A stretch of DNA of 63,825 bases, counting the filler, from Aduncisulcus paluster (Eukaryota), in NCBI GenBank assembly GCA_024181965.1. It is 5 parts of 5 records of this genome, joined end to end, with 100 filler letters (N's around TTAATTAATTAA, not from the genome) between each part and the next. Parts side by side here need not be neighbours in the genome. Positions count along the whole stretch, not along the records: positions 19,419 to 27,079 come from BQXS01010982.1; positions 27,180 to 33,708 come from BQXS01010983.1; 3 more parts are not named here. The stretch is one strand, 5' to 3'. Shown here piece after piece: positions 22,732 to 33,808 of the stretch; the first letter of the stretch is position 1, and every line of letters begins with the position of its first letter. The translations under genes were made by a program, and so were the position numbers. Under the pieces are notes generated by a model. That model searched no databases. It was not told the origin of the DNA and saw only the letters and a list, made by a program, of their open reading frames with translations.

Positions 22732-25700
22732 TTATTTCCATGGAAGTAAAGATAATCGTTCAGCTGCAATGAGTTCTTTTGGAAATGTAGTAAAAACAAG
22801 GGAGCATATCTCGAACCATCGACTATTCTTAGCCATCCACCTTCCTTCCCCTTCAATCTCACACAATACAACGTTATCCAAATCAATAGGAAGAAAGTGC
22901 CATTCAAAAGGATATTTAGGTTCTGTGAATTCATACTTCTTGAATATCTTCTTACCATCACAGTCAGTGAAAGTGAAGAGAAGAGAGGGTGAACTGGAAT
23001 CCTTACCCACACAGATATAAGCACCTTTCATTGGACTAGGTGATGGGAAAGGGATGGAAAGATGGGATAAGGATACAAAATCTTTCCCTTTTAACATTCT
23101 TTGTGCTCTTGAACTCATATCATAAAACCCAGATTCCTTACTATATGCATCATTCTTGCACTTAACTATTGAGAATGAAGGATCTACAAGCTTTGGATCA
23201 TCACGTGGAATGGGAGAATCTCTACCCCAAGACTTCCAATTGCCTTCCTTAACAAACTCTGGTTTCACAACTGGAGCTTCAGACCATAATTTCTCTCTGG
23301 CTTCACGAGATTTGATTTCTTCAGGGGTTTCTTCTCTAATAAAAACGAGGGATTGGATTTCAAAATATTCAGTGTCGATTCCTTTCCCTGTAATCTCACA
23401 CAGAACAACATCAGGGAGATCAACAGGAAGGAAATACCAATGTTTACGTCTAAAGCCAGGAAATTCGTATTTCTTGGATGTTTTCTCACCCTTTGAAGAT
23501 GTGAGAGTGAAGATAAGGTATGATGGAGGTGATATCCAAGCTCCACCATCAAGACAGATATAAGCACTTTTCATTGGGGAAAATGAAGAGAAAGGAATGG
23601 AGATATGGGTAAAATGTCCATCATTACACTCTTCTTTCATCATCTTTTGTGCATTAGAACTCTGATCGTACTTTTCATGCCATTCTTCCTGAGTTCCATC
23701 TATTGCTTCAGAACTCTGATCGTACTCATGATCACCTTCTTCCTTGGTTCTATCAATTGCTTCGATAGTTGGAACTGCTACACTCTTAATATTGGCGGCA
23801 TCTCCAGGAATTGGACAACAATTGGAATCTCCTTCATGAACAAACTCAGGCCCCACAGTTTGAATAACAGCATCTGTGGATGAACTCATTTGAATAGAGT
23901 TTTCTTCTTCTTGTTCTCCTTCTTCTGTCACAGTTTTTGATGGCAAAGACAAAGTTGATGTGGGTGTCTTGGAGGAACTGGAAGGAACAGGAACAGGAGT
24001 AAGAAGAGGAGGAGAGGTGGGGATATCATCACCTCGAAGGAAAACAAGGGATTCGATGTAGAAACTTCGACTGTTCTTCTCCATCCACCTTCCTTTCCCT
24101 TCAATCTCACACAAAACAACATTATCCAAATCAATAGGAAGGAAATGCCATTCATATTCATGTTCAGGTTCTATGAATTCATACTTCTTGAATATCTTCT
24201 TACCATCACAATCAGTGAAAGTGAAGAGAAGAGAGGGTGAACTGAAAAGCTGATGAACACAGATATAAGCACCTTTCATTGGACTAGGTGATGGGAAAGG
24301 GATGGAAAGATGTGATAACCACACACTATCTTCCCCTTTTAACATTCTTTGTGCATCTGAACTCTGATCATACTCCTTAGATTCCTTACTAAACGCATCA
24401 AGCTTGCACTTAACTATTGAGAATGAAGGATTTACAAACTTTGGATCATCTCGTGGAATGGGAATAGAATCTCTACCTTCAGATTTATAATCTCCTTCCT
24501 TAACAAACACAGATTTTACAACTGGAGTTTCAGACCATAGTTTCTCTCTGGCTTCACAAGATTTGATTTCTTCAGGGGTTTCTTCTCTACTAATGAAAAC
24601 AAGGGAGAGGATTTTAAACCACTCTTCCTCTCTTCCTTTCCCTGTAATCTCACACAGAACAATATCAGGGAGATCAACAGGAAGGAAATACCAATATTCA
24701 CCTTCAAATTCAGGAAATTCGTATTTCTTGGATGTTTTCTCACCCTTTGAAGATGTGAGAGTGAAGATAAGATGTGATGGAGGTGGAATCCAAGAGTCAC
24801 CATATAGACAGATATAAGCCCCATTCATTGGGGAAAATGAAGAGAAAGGAATGGAGATATGGGTAAAATGTCCATCATTACACTCTTCTTTCATCATCTT
24901 TTGTGCATTAGAACTCTGATCGTACTTTTCATGCCATTCTTCCTGAGTTCCATCTATTGCTTCAGAACTCTGATCGTACTCATGATCACCTTCTTCCTTG
25001 GTTCTATCAATTGCTTCGATAGTTGGAACTGCTACACTCTTAATATTGGCGGCATCTCCAGGAATTGGACAACAATTGGAATCTCCTTCATGAACAAACT
25101 CAGGCCCCACAGTTTGAATAACAGCATCTGTGGATGAACTCATTTGAATAGAGTTTTCTTCTTCTTGTTCTCCTTCTTCTGTCACAGATTTAGATGGCAA
25201 AGACAAAGTCGATGTGGGTGTCTTGGAGGAACTGGAAGGAACAGGAACAGGAGTAAGAAGAGGAGGAGAGGTGGGGATATCATCACCTCGAAGGAAAACA
25301 AGGGAGATGATGTTGAACCATCGACTATTCTTCTCACACCACATTCCTTTCCCTTCAATCTCACACAATACAACGTTATCCAAATCAATAGGAAGGAAGT
25401 GCCATTGAAAAACATGTTTATGTTTTGTGAATTCATACTTCTTGGATGTTTTCTTGCCATCACAATCAGAGAAAGTGAAGAGAAGAGAGGGTGAACTGGA
25501 ATCCTTACCCACACAGATATAAGCACCTTTCATTGGACTAGGTGATGGGAAAGGGATGGAAAGATGGGATAAGGATACAAAATCTTTCCCTTTTAACATT
25601 CTTTGTGCTCTTGAACTCATATCATAAAACCCAGATTCCTTACTATATGCATCATTCTTGCACTTAACCATTGAGAATGAAGGATCTACAAGCTTTGGAT

Positions 25701-26349
25701 CATCTCGTGGAATGGGAATAGAATCCTTACCTTCAGATCCTTTATCTCCTTCCTTAACAAACACAGATTTTACAACTGGAGCTTCAGACCATAATTTCTC
25801 TCTGGCTTCACAAGATTTGATTTCTTCAGGGGTTTCTTCTCTACTAATGAAAACAAGCGATGAGATTTCAAAATACTCTTCCTCTCTTCCTTTCCCTGTA
25901 ATCTCACACAGAACAATATCAGGGAGATCAACAGGAAGGAAATGCCAATGAAAACCTTCAACTTCGGGAAATTTATATTTCTTGGATGTTTTCTCACCCT
26001 TTGAAGATGTAAGAGTGAAGATAAGGTGTGATGGAGATGAAGAGTCACCATATAGACAGATATAAGCCCCATTCATTGCACTTTTCATTGGGGAAGATGA
26101 AGAGAAAGGAATGGAGATATGGGTGAAATGTCCAGCATCATACTTTCCTTTCATCATCCTTTGTGCATTAGAACTCTGATCGTACTTTTCATGCCATTCT
26201 TCATGAGTTCCATCTATTGCTTTGATAGTTGGGAACTCTGCACTCTTAATATTGGCGGCATCTCTAGGAATTGGACAGCATCTCTCATCTCCTTCATGAA
26301 CAAACTCAGGTTGCACATTTTGAATAACAGCATCTGTGGATGAACTCAT
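22732..26349 (-). CDS. Multicopy lineage-specific protein, three fused units (six domains) with Pro/Ser/Thr linkers
   Basis: 1205-aa ORF; units start with MSSSTDAVIQ at 26349, 25143 and 23889; paralogous to 12565-13626. Confidence 0.85.
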   Translation of the reverse strand: MSSSTDAVIQNVQPEFVHEGDERCCPIPRDAANIKSAEFPTIKAIDGTHEEWHEKYDQSSNAQRMMKGKYDAGHFTHISIPFSSSSPMKSAMNGAYICLYGDSSSPSHLIFTLTSSKGEKTSKKYKFPEVEGFHWHFLPVDLPDIVLCEITGKGREEEYFEISSLVFISREETPEEIKSCEAREKLWSEAPVVKSVFVKEGDKGSEGKDSIPIPRDDPKLVDPSFSMVKCKNDAYSKESGFYDMSSRAQRMLKGKDFVSLSHLSIPFPSPSPMKGAYICVGKDSSSPSLLFTFSDCDGKKTSKKYEFTKHKHVFQWHFLPIDLDNVVLCEIEGKGMWCEKNSRWFNIISLVFLRGDDIPTSPPLLTPVPVPSSSSKTPTSTLSLPSKSVTEEGEQEEENSIQMSSSTDAVIQTVGPEFVHEGDSNCCPIPGDAANIKSVAVPTIEAIDRTKEEGDHEYDQSSEAIDGTQEEWHEKYDQSSNAQKMMKEECNDGHFTHISIPFSSFSPMNGAYICLYGDSWIPPPSHLIFTLTSSKGEKTSKKYEFPEFEGEYWYFLPVDLPDIVLCEITGKGREEEWFKILSLVFISREETPEEIKSCEAREKLWSETPVVKSVFVKEGDYKSEGRDSIPIPRDDPKFVNPSFSIVKCKLDAFSKESKEYDQSSDAQRMLKGEDSVWLSHLSIPFPSPSPMKGAYICVHQLFSSPSLLFTFTDCDGKKIFKKYEFIEPEHEYEWHFLPIDLDNVVLCEIEGKGRWMEKNSRSFYIESLVFLRGDDIPTSPPLLTPVPVPSSSSKTPTSTLSLPSKTVTEEGEQEEENSIQMSSSTDAVIQTVGPEFVHEGDSNCCPIPGDAANIKSVAVPTIEAIDRTKEEGDHEYDQSSEAIDGTQEEWHEKYDQSSNAQKMMKEECNDGHFTHISIPFSSFSPMKSAYICLDGGAWISPPSYLIFTLTSSKGEKTSKKYEFPGFRRKHWYFLPVDLPDVVLCEITGKGIDTEYFEIQSLVFIREETPEEIKSREAREKLWSEAPVVKPEFVKEGNWKSWGRDSPIPRDDPKLVDPSFSIVKCKNDAYSKESGFYDMSSRAQRMLKGKDFVSLSHLSIPFPSPSPMKGAYICVGKDSSSPSLLFTFTDCDGKKIFKKYEFTEPKYPFEWHFLPIDLDNVVLCEIEGEGRWMAKNSRWFEICSLVFTTFPKELIAAERLSLLPWK

Positions 26350-26373
26350 TTGAATAGAGATGGAATTTCTAAT

Positions 26374-26597
26374 CTAAAAAATAAAAACAAGCAGAATAAT
26401 AATAGTATTTGTGAACAAATAGAATAAATGCGAATTTCAAGGAGAACAGTCCGAGAAACAAAGACTAAACGAGCAAAACGAACAATACGAACAAGAAACG
26501 ACCACACAGCACAATATAGTTAGTATAATTGAATGAATCCGGTTAAAATATTTCTTAATGTACATCTAATAAAAGACGCAACATATAGTAAACATAC
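26374..26597 (-). other. Probable 5' intron of the repeat-family gene, with ~130 extra nt (26401-26530) relative to the paralogue
   Basis: GTATGT donor and TTTTTAG acceptor are homologous to 13744-13651. Confidence 0.55.
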
Positions 26598-27079
26598 AAT
26601 TTGCTTGTTTGCCAAGAAATCGAAAAAATGTATTTCGTCGAAAAACGGATCTGAACAAGCAATTCTTCGATAGATAAGATTGGAAAATTTAAAAAAACAC
26701 ATATAAACGAGTTAAATGCTGGTAAATGATAAAAATATGTTTTATTTTCATTTCCATGCCATGGTGTTAATTCTCGATATCTCAGGCTTTTGGAGACCCC
26801 TCAGGACTGGATATAGTTCCATTTCACGTGTTAAGAACATTTATGAACGATTTCAATGCTATTCAATAACATGGATATATTTCCATTTCATTTCTATCCT
26901 TATCCTTGCCTTTCTGTTCATTTTCACTTGCTTTTGCTTACAATCAAAAATATCAAGAACTCGGAATATGATGGTATACGTGTGTCTGTATACTGCTACG
27001 AATCTAATCCTCTGATGCTTCATGGAACACGACATTTCCCCGCAGTCAAATCCAACTTGGATTGAACTCCAATTCCAAC

Positions 27080-27179
27080 NNNNNNNNNNNNNNNNNNNNN
27101 NNNNNNNNNNNNNNNNNNNNNNNTTAATTAATTAANNNNNNNNNNNNNNNNNNNNNNNNNNNNNNNNNNNNNNNNNNNN
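27080..27179. other. Artificial contig linker
   Basis: 44 N, TTAATTAATTAA, 44 N. Confidence 0.95.
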
Positions 27180-28665
27180 AGGACTCGTGGAAACCAGAGC
27201 ATACGCAGCTATCAAGACACTTGTTCCTTTCCTCGTACGTGTCAAAATGTGATGTACTCTCCATGCATGATGACAATAGGAAGAGAATCCGGCAGAGCTC
27301 AGCACAAGGGGCGGACAGAGTGAAGGAACGGGATATCATCGAGATAACACACGTGTGAGAATGCAAGAGAGGAGATGTTCCCCTGCTTGGGGAAGAAGGA
27401 TTCTTTATGAGACTATCCACACGAACACCATGCACAAGCGGAAATACACCAAGAAGACGCATAGACTTATCATACACAGCCATACAAAATGAAGGATTAC
27501 TCGGTGATCCCGACTTCATGAAGGCAACACAGTCACCGTGTCCATCGTTCCAAGTTATTCGACAGTCACACAGTGCCAATATGTCTATTTTGGGACATGA
27601 AGCAGTATCCTTGAAATGAGAAGAATGGTAGAAAGAAGGGGAATTATATAAACTTGAGAGGTTCATGATGTGTTCACCGCAATCATTCTCAGAACAGGTC
27701 AAAATACCACCCATTTGGTGGAATATGGATGAAATGGACAAGAATGGTGGCAAAAATGGATACGATGGGAATGAAAGATGTTGACGGGGGACATGCACCG
27801 TAGACAAAGAATATTTGGGTCTATCGATCATGAATGAAGCCAATGATTTATCGGATTGGGGATAAAATGAGCCACCATTGGGAGAAAATGACTTCAAGGA
27901 TAAGTGATGTGGGTGGAACGGTGAGTTTTGGAGTAATTCTTTAGCAGGAACAGTTGGACCAGTAATTTGTTGTGATAAAAGTGTAATATCAGTTTGACGT
28001 TGAATTTTACGAAGTCTTTCAGCATTTCGACGAGCCTTCTCTTCTTCGGCACGTTTCTTCTTGGCTAATATCTGTTGAGATGTTTGAGGCTTTAACAAGG
28101 GGACCTCCATGGTCTTTGCGCTTGACTGTTTGCTAATTGGCTTTTGAGATTTCCATTTCTCTTCCTCTTTATCACGATGAGAAGAGACCGGTGGGGGTGT
28201 CTCTGGCCGCTGAGTTTCAATAATTCCAGATTTTTTTAATTGAATTTGTGATTGTTTTGGATCAGGTCCCAAATCTTCGGCCTTTTCCTCCTCTTCTTCT
28301 TCCAAAGATGTTTCATCTTCAGAAAGGTCAGTAATCTGATCATTTTTAGTTTCTATTTCTTCAGTAGGTGGAATTGGTGGCTTTTCTACAGCAGATTTTG
28401 GACGAATAATACAATTTCCAATGACTTTCCATCCTAATTCGCTTAAGGACACATTAGAGGCTATTTTCTTGCCTGGAGATGTCATACCCGGTTTAGAATC
28501 AATAAATTCGTATTTTTCTAAATCTGATTCTTTGAAGGCAGCAATTCTTCGAAACATTGAAGGTAATATCATTTCTATGGTTGAATTTGGATCTTTAACA
28601 GGAAATACCACCGGTGGAGCCGGTCTATCTTGTCCGATTCCCTGAAAAAAAACCTTTATAATCAT
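27180..28665 (-). CDS. Hypothetical protein (possible ubiquitin-like N-domain and PH-like domain); 3' end cut by linker
   Basis: Long open frame from ATG 28665 (MIIKVFF). Domain guesses come from sequence pattern only. Confidence 0.65.
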
Positions 28666-28960
28666 GATTTGGGTAAATAGGATCAACACGACGAAATTTG
28701 ACAAAATTAATCACAGAGCTTGACATTTTAAATAATAACAAAAAAAATAGAGATATAATACACTTTTAATTAAGAAATATTTTTTCTTTTCTTTATTTTA
28801 ATCCAAGAAATCCTGAAAAGAAAATATTTTGTTATCTCCCTTCTTTAGAAGATACATGCAAATTAAGATTTAAAATAGCATTTAATGCGCTAAGTGAAGA
28901 TAATATATCAATGATATTCAACTCTTAACGCGATAATTCTCACCTCACACGATTGTAATA

Positions 28961-30133
28961 TTATTTCTTGGGGCCATCTTTCAATTCAGCACTATCAAGA
29001 TCACCAATTTCCATTCCTTGGAGTTCATCGAGCATATCTTCATCCTCTCCAAATAACTGAAGAAGAGCTTTCCCAATGATCTCGGCTCTTCTGTTTCTCT
29101 CATCTTGATCCGTGCATTTTTTCATTTCTGCACGGATCTTTTTTGTAGCAGACATTAATTCATTTAACATGGCCATATCACCCAAAATATCAAGAGGTCC
29201 ATCTTCTCCAATCAGACTACAACCATCCATTTCATCGATAGCTCCGTCATCCGATTTCTTCTTGTCTTCTTTCACGTCTTCACCGGTTTTTCCCTTGTAA
29301 CTTCCTTTTGAAGCATCCTTTTCGGCATCTTCTTCTTTTTCTTCATCAATTGAACTTTCCTTGACCTTCTGATGTTCCATTCTATCCCTTTCTCTACAAA
29401 CGCCACTCATAAACAATTTCATGGCACAATCAAACTCATTTCCAGAGTTTTCCCACATCTGTTGTGACATACTATATAATAATCCTTTATACCCATATTC
29501 ATACACGTCGGTAGATCCAATCTTGGACTCAGATTCTTTCGATTCCTTATCATCATCGCCATCATATTTTTCTTCCTCAAATTCTTCTTCTGCATCACAT
29601 AATAATGGCCGGGATCCTTGTATTTTATCCTTTGAGGGAGCAGGAATATCCTCGATTTTATCTTCTTCATCCGACTCATCTGCAATAAATATCGCGACAT
29701 AATTCTCAGTACACCATCTCCTAGCATCCTCATGTAACGGTTCAGAACATACAATTGCCCTATAATCCAGGGTTGGAGATAGAATGGAGGAAATGGAACT
29801 AAGAGCTTCGATCGAGGGGGTTTTATCTGAAATTAAGATAATTCCATTTGACAATTCTGATATAGGTTCACTTGTTAATGAAACATGAGCAGTAAAATAC
29901 TTATTTCTTACAGTAATAAGAGCAGTAACAGTGTCATCTGCTGGAAGGGTGACATCATCATCATGTTTCTCATCAGATGATTTTTGTTCTTTTTCCTCAG
30001 TGAATTTGGCAAAACCAGAAGCAAAAACATCGATATCATCAGAAGAACGCTCACCTGTCGAATGAACAAAATCAGCACAATCTACACCAATAGAGCTATC
30101 CTTTAAAGCTAATTGTATCAAAATATGATTCAT
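28961..30133 (-). CDS. AAGAB: Alpha/gamma-adaptin-binding protein p34 (AAGAB/Irc6-like)
   Basis: ITVRNKYFTAHV, GYKGLLYSMSQQMW and C-terminal LNELM...DERNRRAE resemble the conserved AAGAB blocks. Confidence 0.65.
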   Translation of the reverse strand: MNHILIQLALKDSSIGVDCADFVHSTGERSSDDIDVFASGFAKFTEEKEQKSSDEKHDDDVTLPADDTVTALITVRNKYFTAHVSLTSEPISELSNGIILISDKTPSIEALSSISSILSPTLDYRAIVCSEPLHEDARRWCTENYVAIFIADESDEEDKIEDIPAPSKDKIQGSRPLLCDAEEEFEEEKYDGDDDKESKESESKIGSTDVYEYGYKGLLYSMSQQMWENSGNEFDCAMKLFMSGVCRERDRMEHQKVKESSIDEEKEEDAEKDASKGSYKGKTGEDVKEDKKKSDDGAIDEMDGCSLIGEDGPLDILGDMAMLNELMSATKKIRAEMKKCTDQDERNRRAEIIGKALLQLFGEDEDMLDELQGMEIGDLDSAELKDGPKK

Positions 30134-30496
30134 TTAATAATTAAAATTGGCTTAATGATTTCTAAAAGAATACTAAAAAGAATCAAGAATAGAAAGAGAT
30201 TATAAACATACATTGAACAAAGTCATAATATAAATTTCTATCATCACTCAAGGAAATGATATTTACAACGTTTGTTTCCATATGAGATCCGCCCAAAAAG
30301 CAGTCGAAAGCTTAATTTTGTGAAATAGCTACAGTCCAAATATTTTGCTGATTTCTTTTATTTTGAAATCCCGTATTAATAAGGTTTTTTGGTTAAAAGT
30401 TTCTTATAAAACCTCAATTGAAGATTTAGAAAATCATGGTGATTTAGGGTAGGTTTTGGCACAATTTAAGAGAAAAACGAAATTAAGAAAATTTAA

Positions 30497-31765
30497 ATGA
30501 CAGATAAACCTGAAAAATCGCCGCTTCATATCGCTTGTAATGATGGAAATCAAGAAGAGGCCTTATCTTTGATTACTACTGGTGCTGATGTTAAAACAAC
30601 AACATCATCTGGCCTTACGCCTCTACATTTCGCTGCAGCCAATGGTATGGTGTATGTTTGTCGAGCTTTGTTGTGGGCTGGCGCTGATGTTGATTCTGTA
30701 TCATTATCCGGAAATACACCTCTTCTCGAGATGATGCAGCGGGAAAGTATTCTTAAATTAAAGGAAGAAATTGGTTCAGATACTTTAACAGGTGCAGCCT
30801 TGTTGGCATCCCTCTCAGAACCTTCTGATAGTATGAGTGAAGAATCTGAGTCAGAAAGTACCGATTATAAGGTTTTATCAGTGAAATCAGAGATAGGAAG
30901 CGATGTAGATGTTGCTGAAGGTTATGATAAAGAAAAAGTTGATTCAGATCTCCCCCGTAAGGATGATATTATGGATAGAATTGATTCATTCGTTGATAAA
31001 CCAAAGTTATTTTCACGTGTTGCCGTAATTAAATGTCTTTTGAGACATAAAGCCAATATTAATCATAAAAATAATCAAAAACAAACAGCTTTACACATTG
31101 CCTGCAAACGCTGCCTTTTACAGTCATCATTGTGTCTATTATCTTATAAACCTGACGTTACCCTTCTTGATATTCATTCACATAGTGCCCTCCATTATGC
31201 TTGCGCATTTGAAAGGTTACATCGCGTGGTTTATAATATTCTTGCCATATCCTCTGATTGTATCGATTGTATCACTGTTCAAGGCAAAACCCCATTAATT
31301 ATTTCATGTGAAACTGGATCTCGCGATTCGACAAGAGAGCTTCTCCGGCATTCTCCATATTTAGATACATCTGACACTGATGTTGGCTCTGCTCTGCATT
31401 ATGCCACTCATCTTGGAGATGCCTTCATAGTGGCTGAGTTACTCCGAGCTGGGGCCAAAGTTAGTGCAAAGGGAGGCAGAAGCGGGAACACCCCGCTGCA
31501 TCTGGCCTGTCGTCATGGCAACCGTGGAATTGTGAGTGCCCTTCTCTACCATGGGGCTGATCCTAACGCTTTGAATAAGGATAAACGCACACCCATGCAC
31601 TTTGCAGCCGAGGATGGAGATCTCCGTGTGATTGAGATGCTCCTTGACAAGGGGGGAGATCCATTAGGTGGGAAAGTCAAGCCCAAGCCTGCCGATATCG
31701 CCAAGATCAAGGGAAATATGGATGCTTATGAGTTGTTGGGTGCTAAAAGTTGTACAATAATATAA
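30497..31765 (+). CDS. Ankyrin-repeat protein with C-terminal CaaX (CTII)
   Basis: Multiple TPLH.A/SALHYA ankyrin repeats interrupted by an acidic insert; ends KSCTII*. Confidence 0.88.
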   Translation: MTDKPEKSPLHIACNDGNQEEALSLITTGADVKTTTSSGLTPLHFAAANGMVYVCRALLWAGADVDSVSLSGNTPLLEMMQRESILKLKEEIGSDTLTGAALLASLSEPSDSMSEESESESTDYKVLSVKSEIGSDVDVAEGYDKEKVDSDLPRKDDIMDRIDSFVDKPKLFSRVAVIKCLLRHKANINHKNNQKQTALHIACKRCLLQSSLCLLSYKPDVTLLDIHSHSALHYACAFERLHRVVYNILAISSDCIDCITVQGKTPLIISCETGSRDSTRELLRHSPYLDTSDTDVGSALHYATHLGDAFIVAELLRAGAKVSAKGGRSGNTPLHLACRHGNRGIVSALLYHGADPNALNKDKRTPMHFAAEDGDLRVIEMLLDKGGDPLGGKVKPKPADIAKIKGNMDAYELLGAKSCTII

Positions 31766-32034
31766 TATGATTCGATGATTGTTTTAAAAATTATTTTTAT
31801 ATTTAGAATATTCCTTGTCATTTTCTGTTATTCCCAATGTTACAATCCACCACGAAAGAGCTTGCAATCGATATAAGCACGCTGTGATGGAGCTATAAAT
31901 AGATATAAATATTAATAGAACAGTATTATTGACACATTTTGACCATCATTGCTTCTCTTCCTCACTTGAGATTTTTTACTTTCTCATTTTCCCTCTCGAA
32001 CAAGTTGAGACGGTTTCTTGGACGGAGACAGGAC

Positions 32035-32061
32035 ATTATTATTATTATTATTATTATTATT
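32035..32061. repeat. (ATT)9 microsatellite
   Basis: Read directly. Confidence 0.9.
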
Positions 32062-32800
32062 TTCAAAATTCATGTAATTATTTTCCTTCTCCGTCACATT
32101 TCAATCGTTCTTATTCCGACCTGTTGTCCAATCAAACAACACATGCATGCACTCAGTTCAGCTTGTGGAGGTGTTTTAAGATTAATTCTACGCACGCCCT
32201 GTCTGTTTTTTTTGTTGCTTTGTTTCACATTCATATTTTATTATTTATTATTCTATATCATGATTTCCAAGAGATTCTCCCACTCAAATCTCAGAGAAAT
32301 GTTGTTTTATGTGCAATTCGAGCAGTAATAATGAAGAATACGGCCAGGCCACTCCGTTTCGTCCAGATTTCATAATGTAATACTTCTGACTCAGGTATAG
32401 ATTCCATAATTGTATTTTCAATTTATTTCCCTTTTTTTAATTTCTCTATATCTTTTTTTTTTCTGCGTGAAATTTTTTTTTTTTGTGATCCATAATCCTG
32501 CTTTTTTTTAGTGTTTTTAAAAATATTCAAATAAATATGTTTACTTTAAAATTATTTTTGAAGTTTTTTTCCATATTACTTGTTGAGAAGAGCCCAAAAC
32601 CTCCTTATCCGGATTCTTAAATATTGACGAATTGATCTTGGAGTAAATTGATAAGAAACCTCATTTTATTATTTCTAGATAATCTTCCTTCCTTTTTACT
32701 AATATATCCCCAATGTCAATTCACGATTTCTATTTTTAGAAATATCAATGATCATCATTTCCTTTCTTTGTTACTTCCGTCTCCCAGGATCAAATTCATC

Positions 32801-33708
32801 ATGTCCAACAAGATTATTGCTGTTAAAGCCCGTCAGATTTTCGACTCTCGTGGTAACCCCACTGTTGAGGTTGATGTTAAAACCGAAAAGGGTCTTTTCA
32901 GAGCTGCCGTTCCTTCTGGTGCTTCCACTGGTGATTACGAGGCTCTTGAGCTTAGAGACAAGATCCCCACTGACTACATGGGAAAGGGTGTTCTCAAGGC
33001 TGTGTCCAACGTCAATGATATTCTTGCCCCCGCTATCATCGGTAAGGAAGCCGAGCTTGAGGGTATTGACAAGATCATTCTTGCTCTTGATGGAACCAAG
33101 CACAAGTCTAAACTCGGTGCCAACGCTATCCTCGGTGTCTCCATGGCTGTCTGCAGAGCTGAAGCTGCCGCTATGGATCTTCCTTTGTACAAATTCATTG
33201 CCAAGAAATTCGGTACCGAGCAAATCAGTGCCCCCGTTCCCTGCATGAACGTTATCAACGGTGGATCTCACGCCGGTAACGCTCTCCCTATGCAAGAATA
33301 CATGATTGCTCCTGCTGGTGCTAAAGATTTCGTTGAGGCTATGAAGATGGCCACTGAAACATACCACCACCTCAAGAGCATCATCAAGGCTAAGTACGGT
33401 CTCGATGCCACCAACGTTGGTGCTGAGGGTGGATTCGCTCCTCCTCTTCTCGATGTTGAAGAGCCTCTTCGTCTCCTTGTTGCTGCTATTGACAAGGCTG
33501 GATACACTGGAAAGATCAAGATCTGTATGGATGTTGCTGCTTCTGAATTCTACGTTGATGGAAAGTACGATCTCGGAAAGTGGGCCGACAAGCCTAACAT
33601 TGTTACTGGTGAGGAATTGACTGCTCTTTACCTTGACTGGACTGAGCGTTACCCCATTGTTTCTATTGAGGACCCATTCGATCAGATGGATATCAAGAAC
33701 TGGGCTCA
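32801..33708 (+). CDS. ENO: Enolase; 3' end cut by linker
   Basis: [52 protein letters not shown] and SIEDPFDQ motifs; strong codon bias. Confidence 0.97.
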
Positions 33709-33808
33709 NNNNNNNNNNNNNNNNNNNNNNNNNNNNNNNNNNNNNNNNNNNNTTAATTAATTAANNNNNNNNNNNNNNNNNNNNNNNNNNNNNNNNNNNN
33801 NNNNNNNN
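33709..33808. other. Artificial contig linker
   Basis: 44 N, TTAATTAATTAA, 44 N. Confidence 0.95.

Noticed and set aside
22732-26349. Diversity-generating retroelement or CRISPR array behind the repeats
   Set aside because: No reverse transcriptase or template repeat, variation is not adenine-specific, and the repeats are kb-scale coding units with no repeat-spacer pattern.
32771-33519. Antisense or overlapping ORFs on enolase, ACS (63052-63594) and low-complexity genes
   Set aside because: These are shadow ORFs produced by codon bias or Glu/Ser repeats, with no recognisable motifs.
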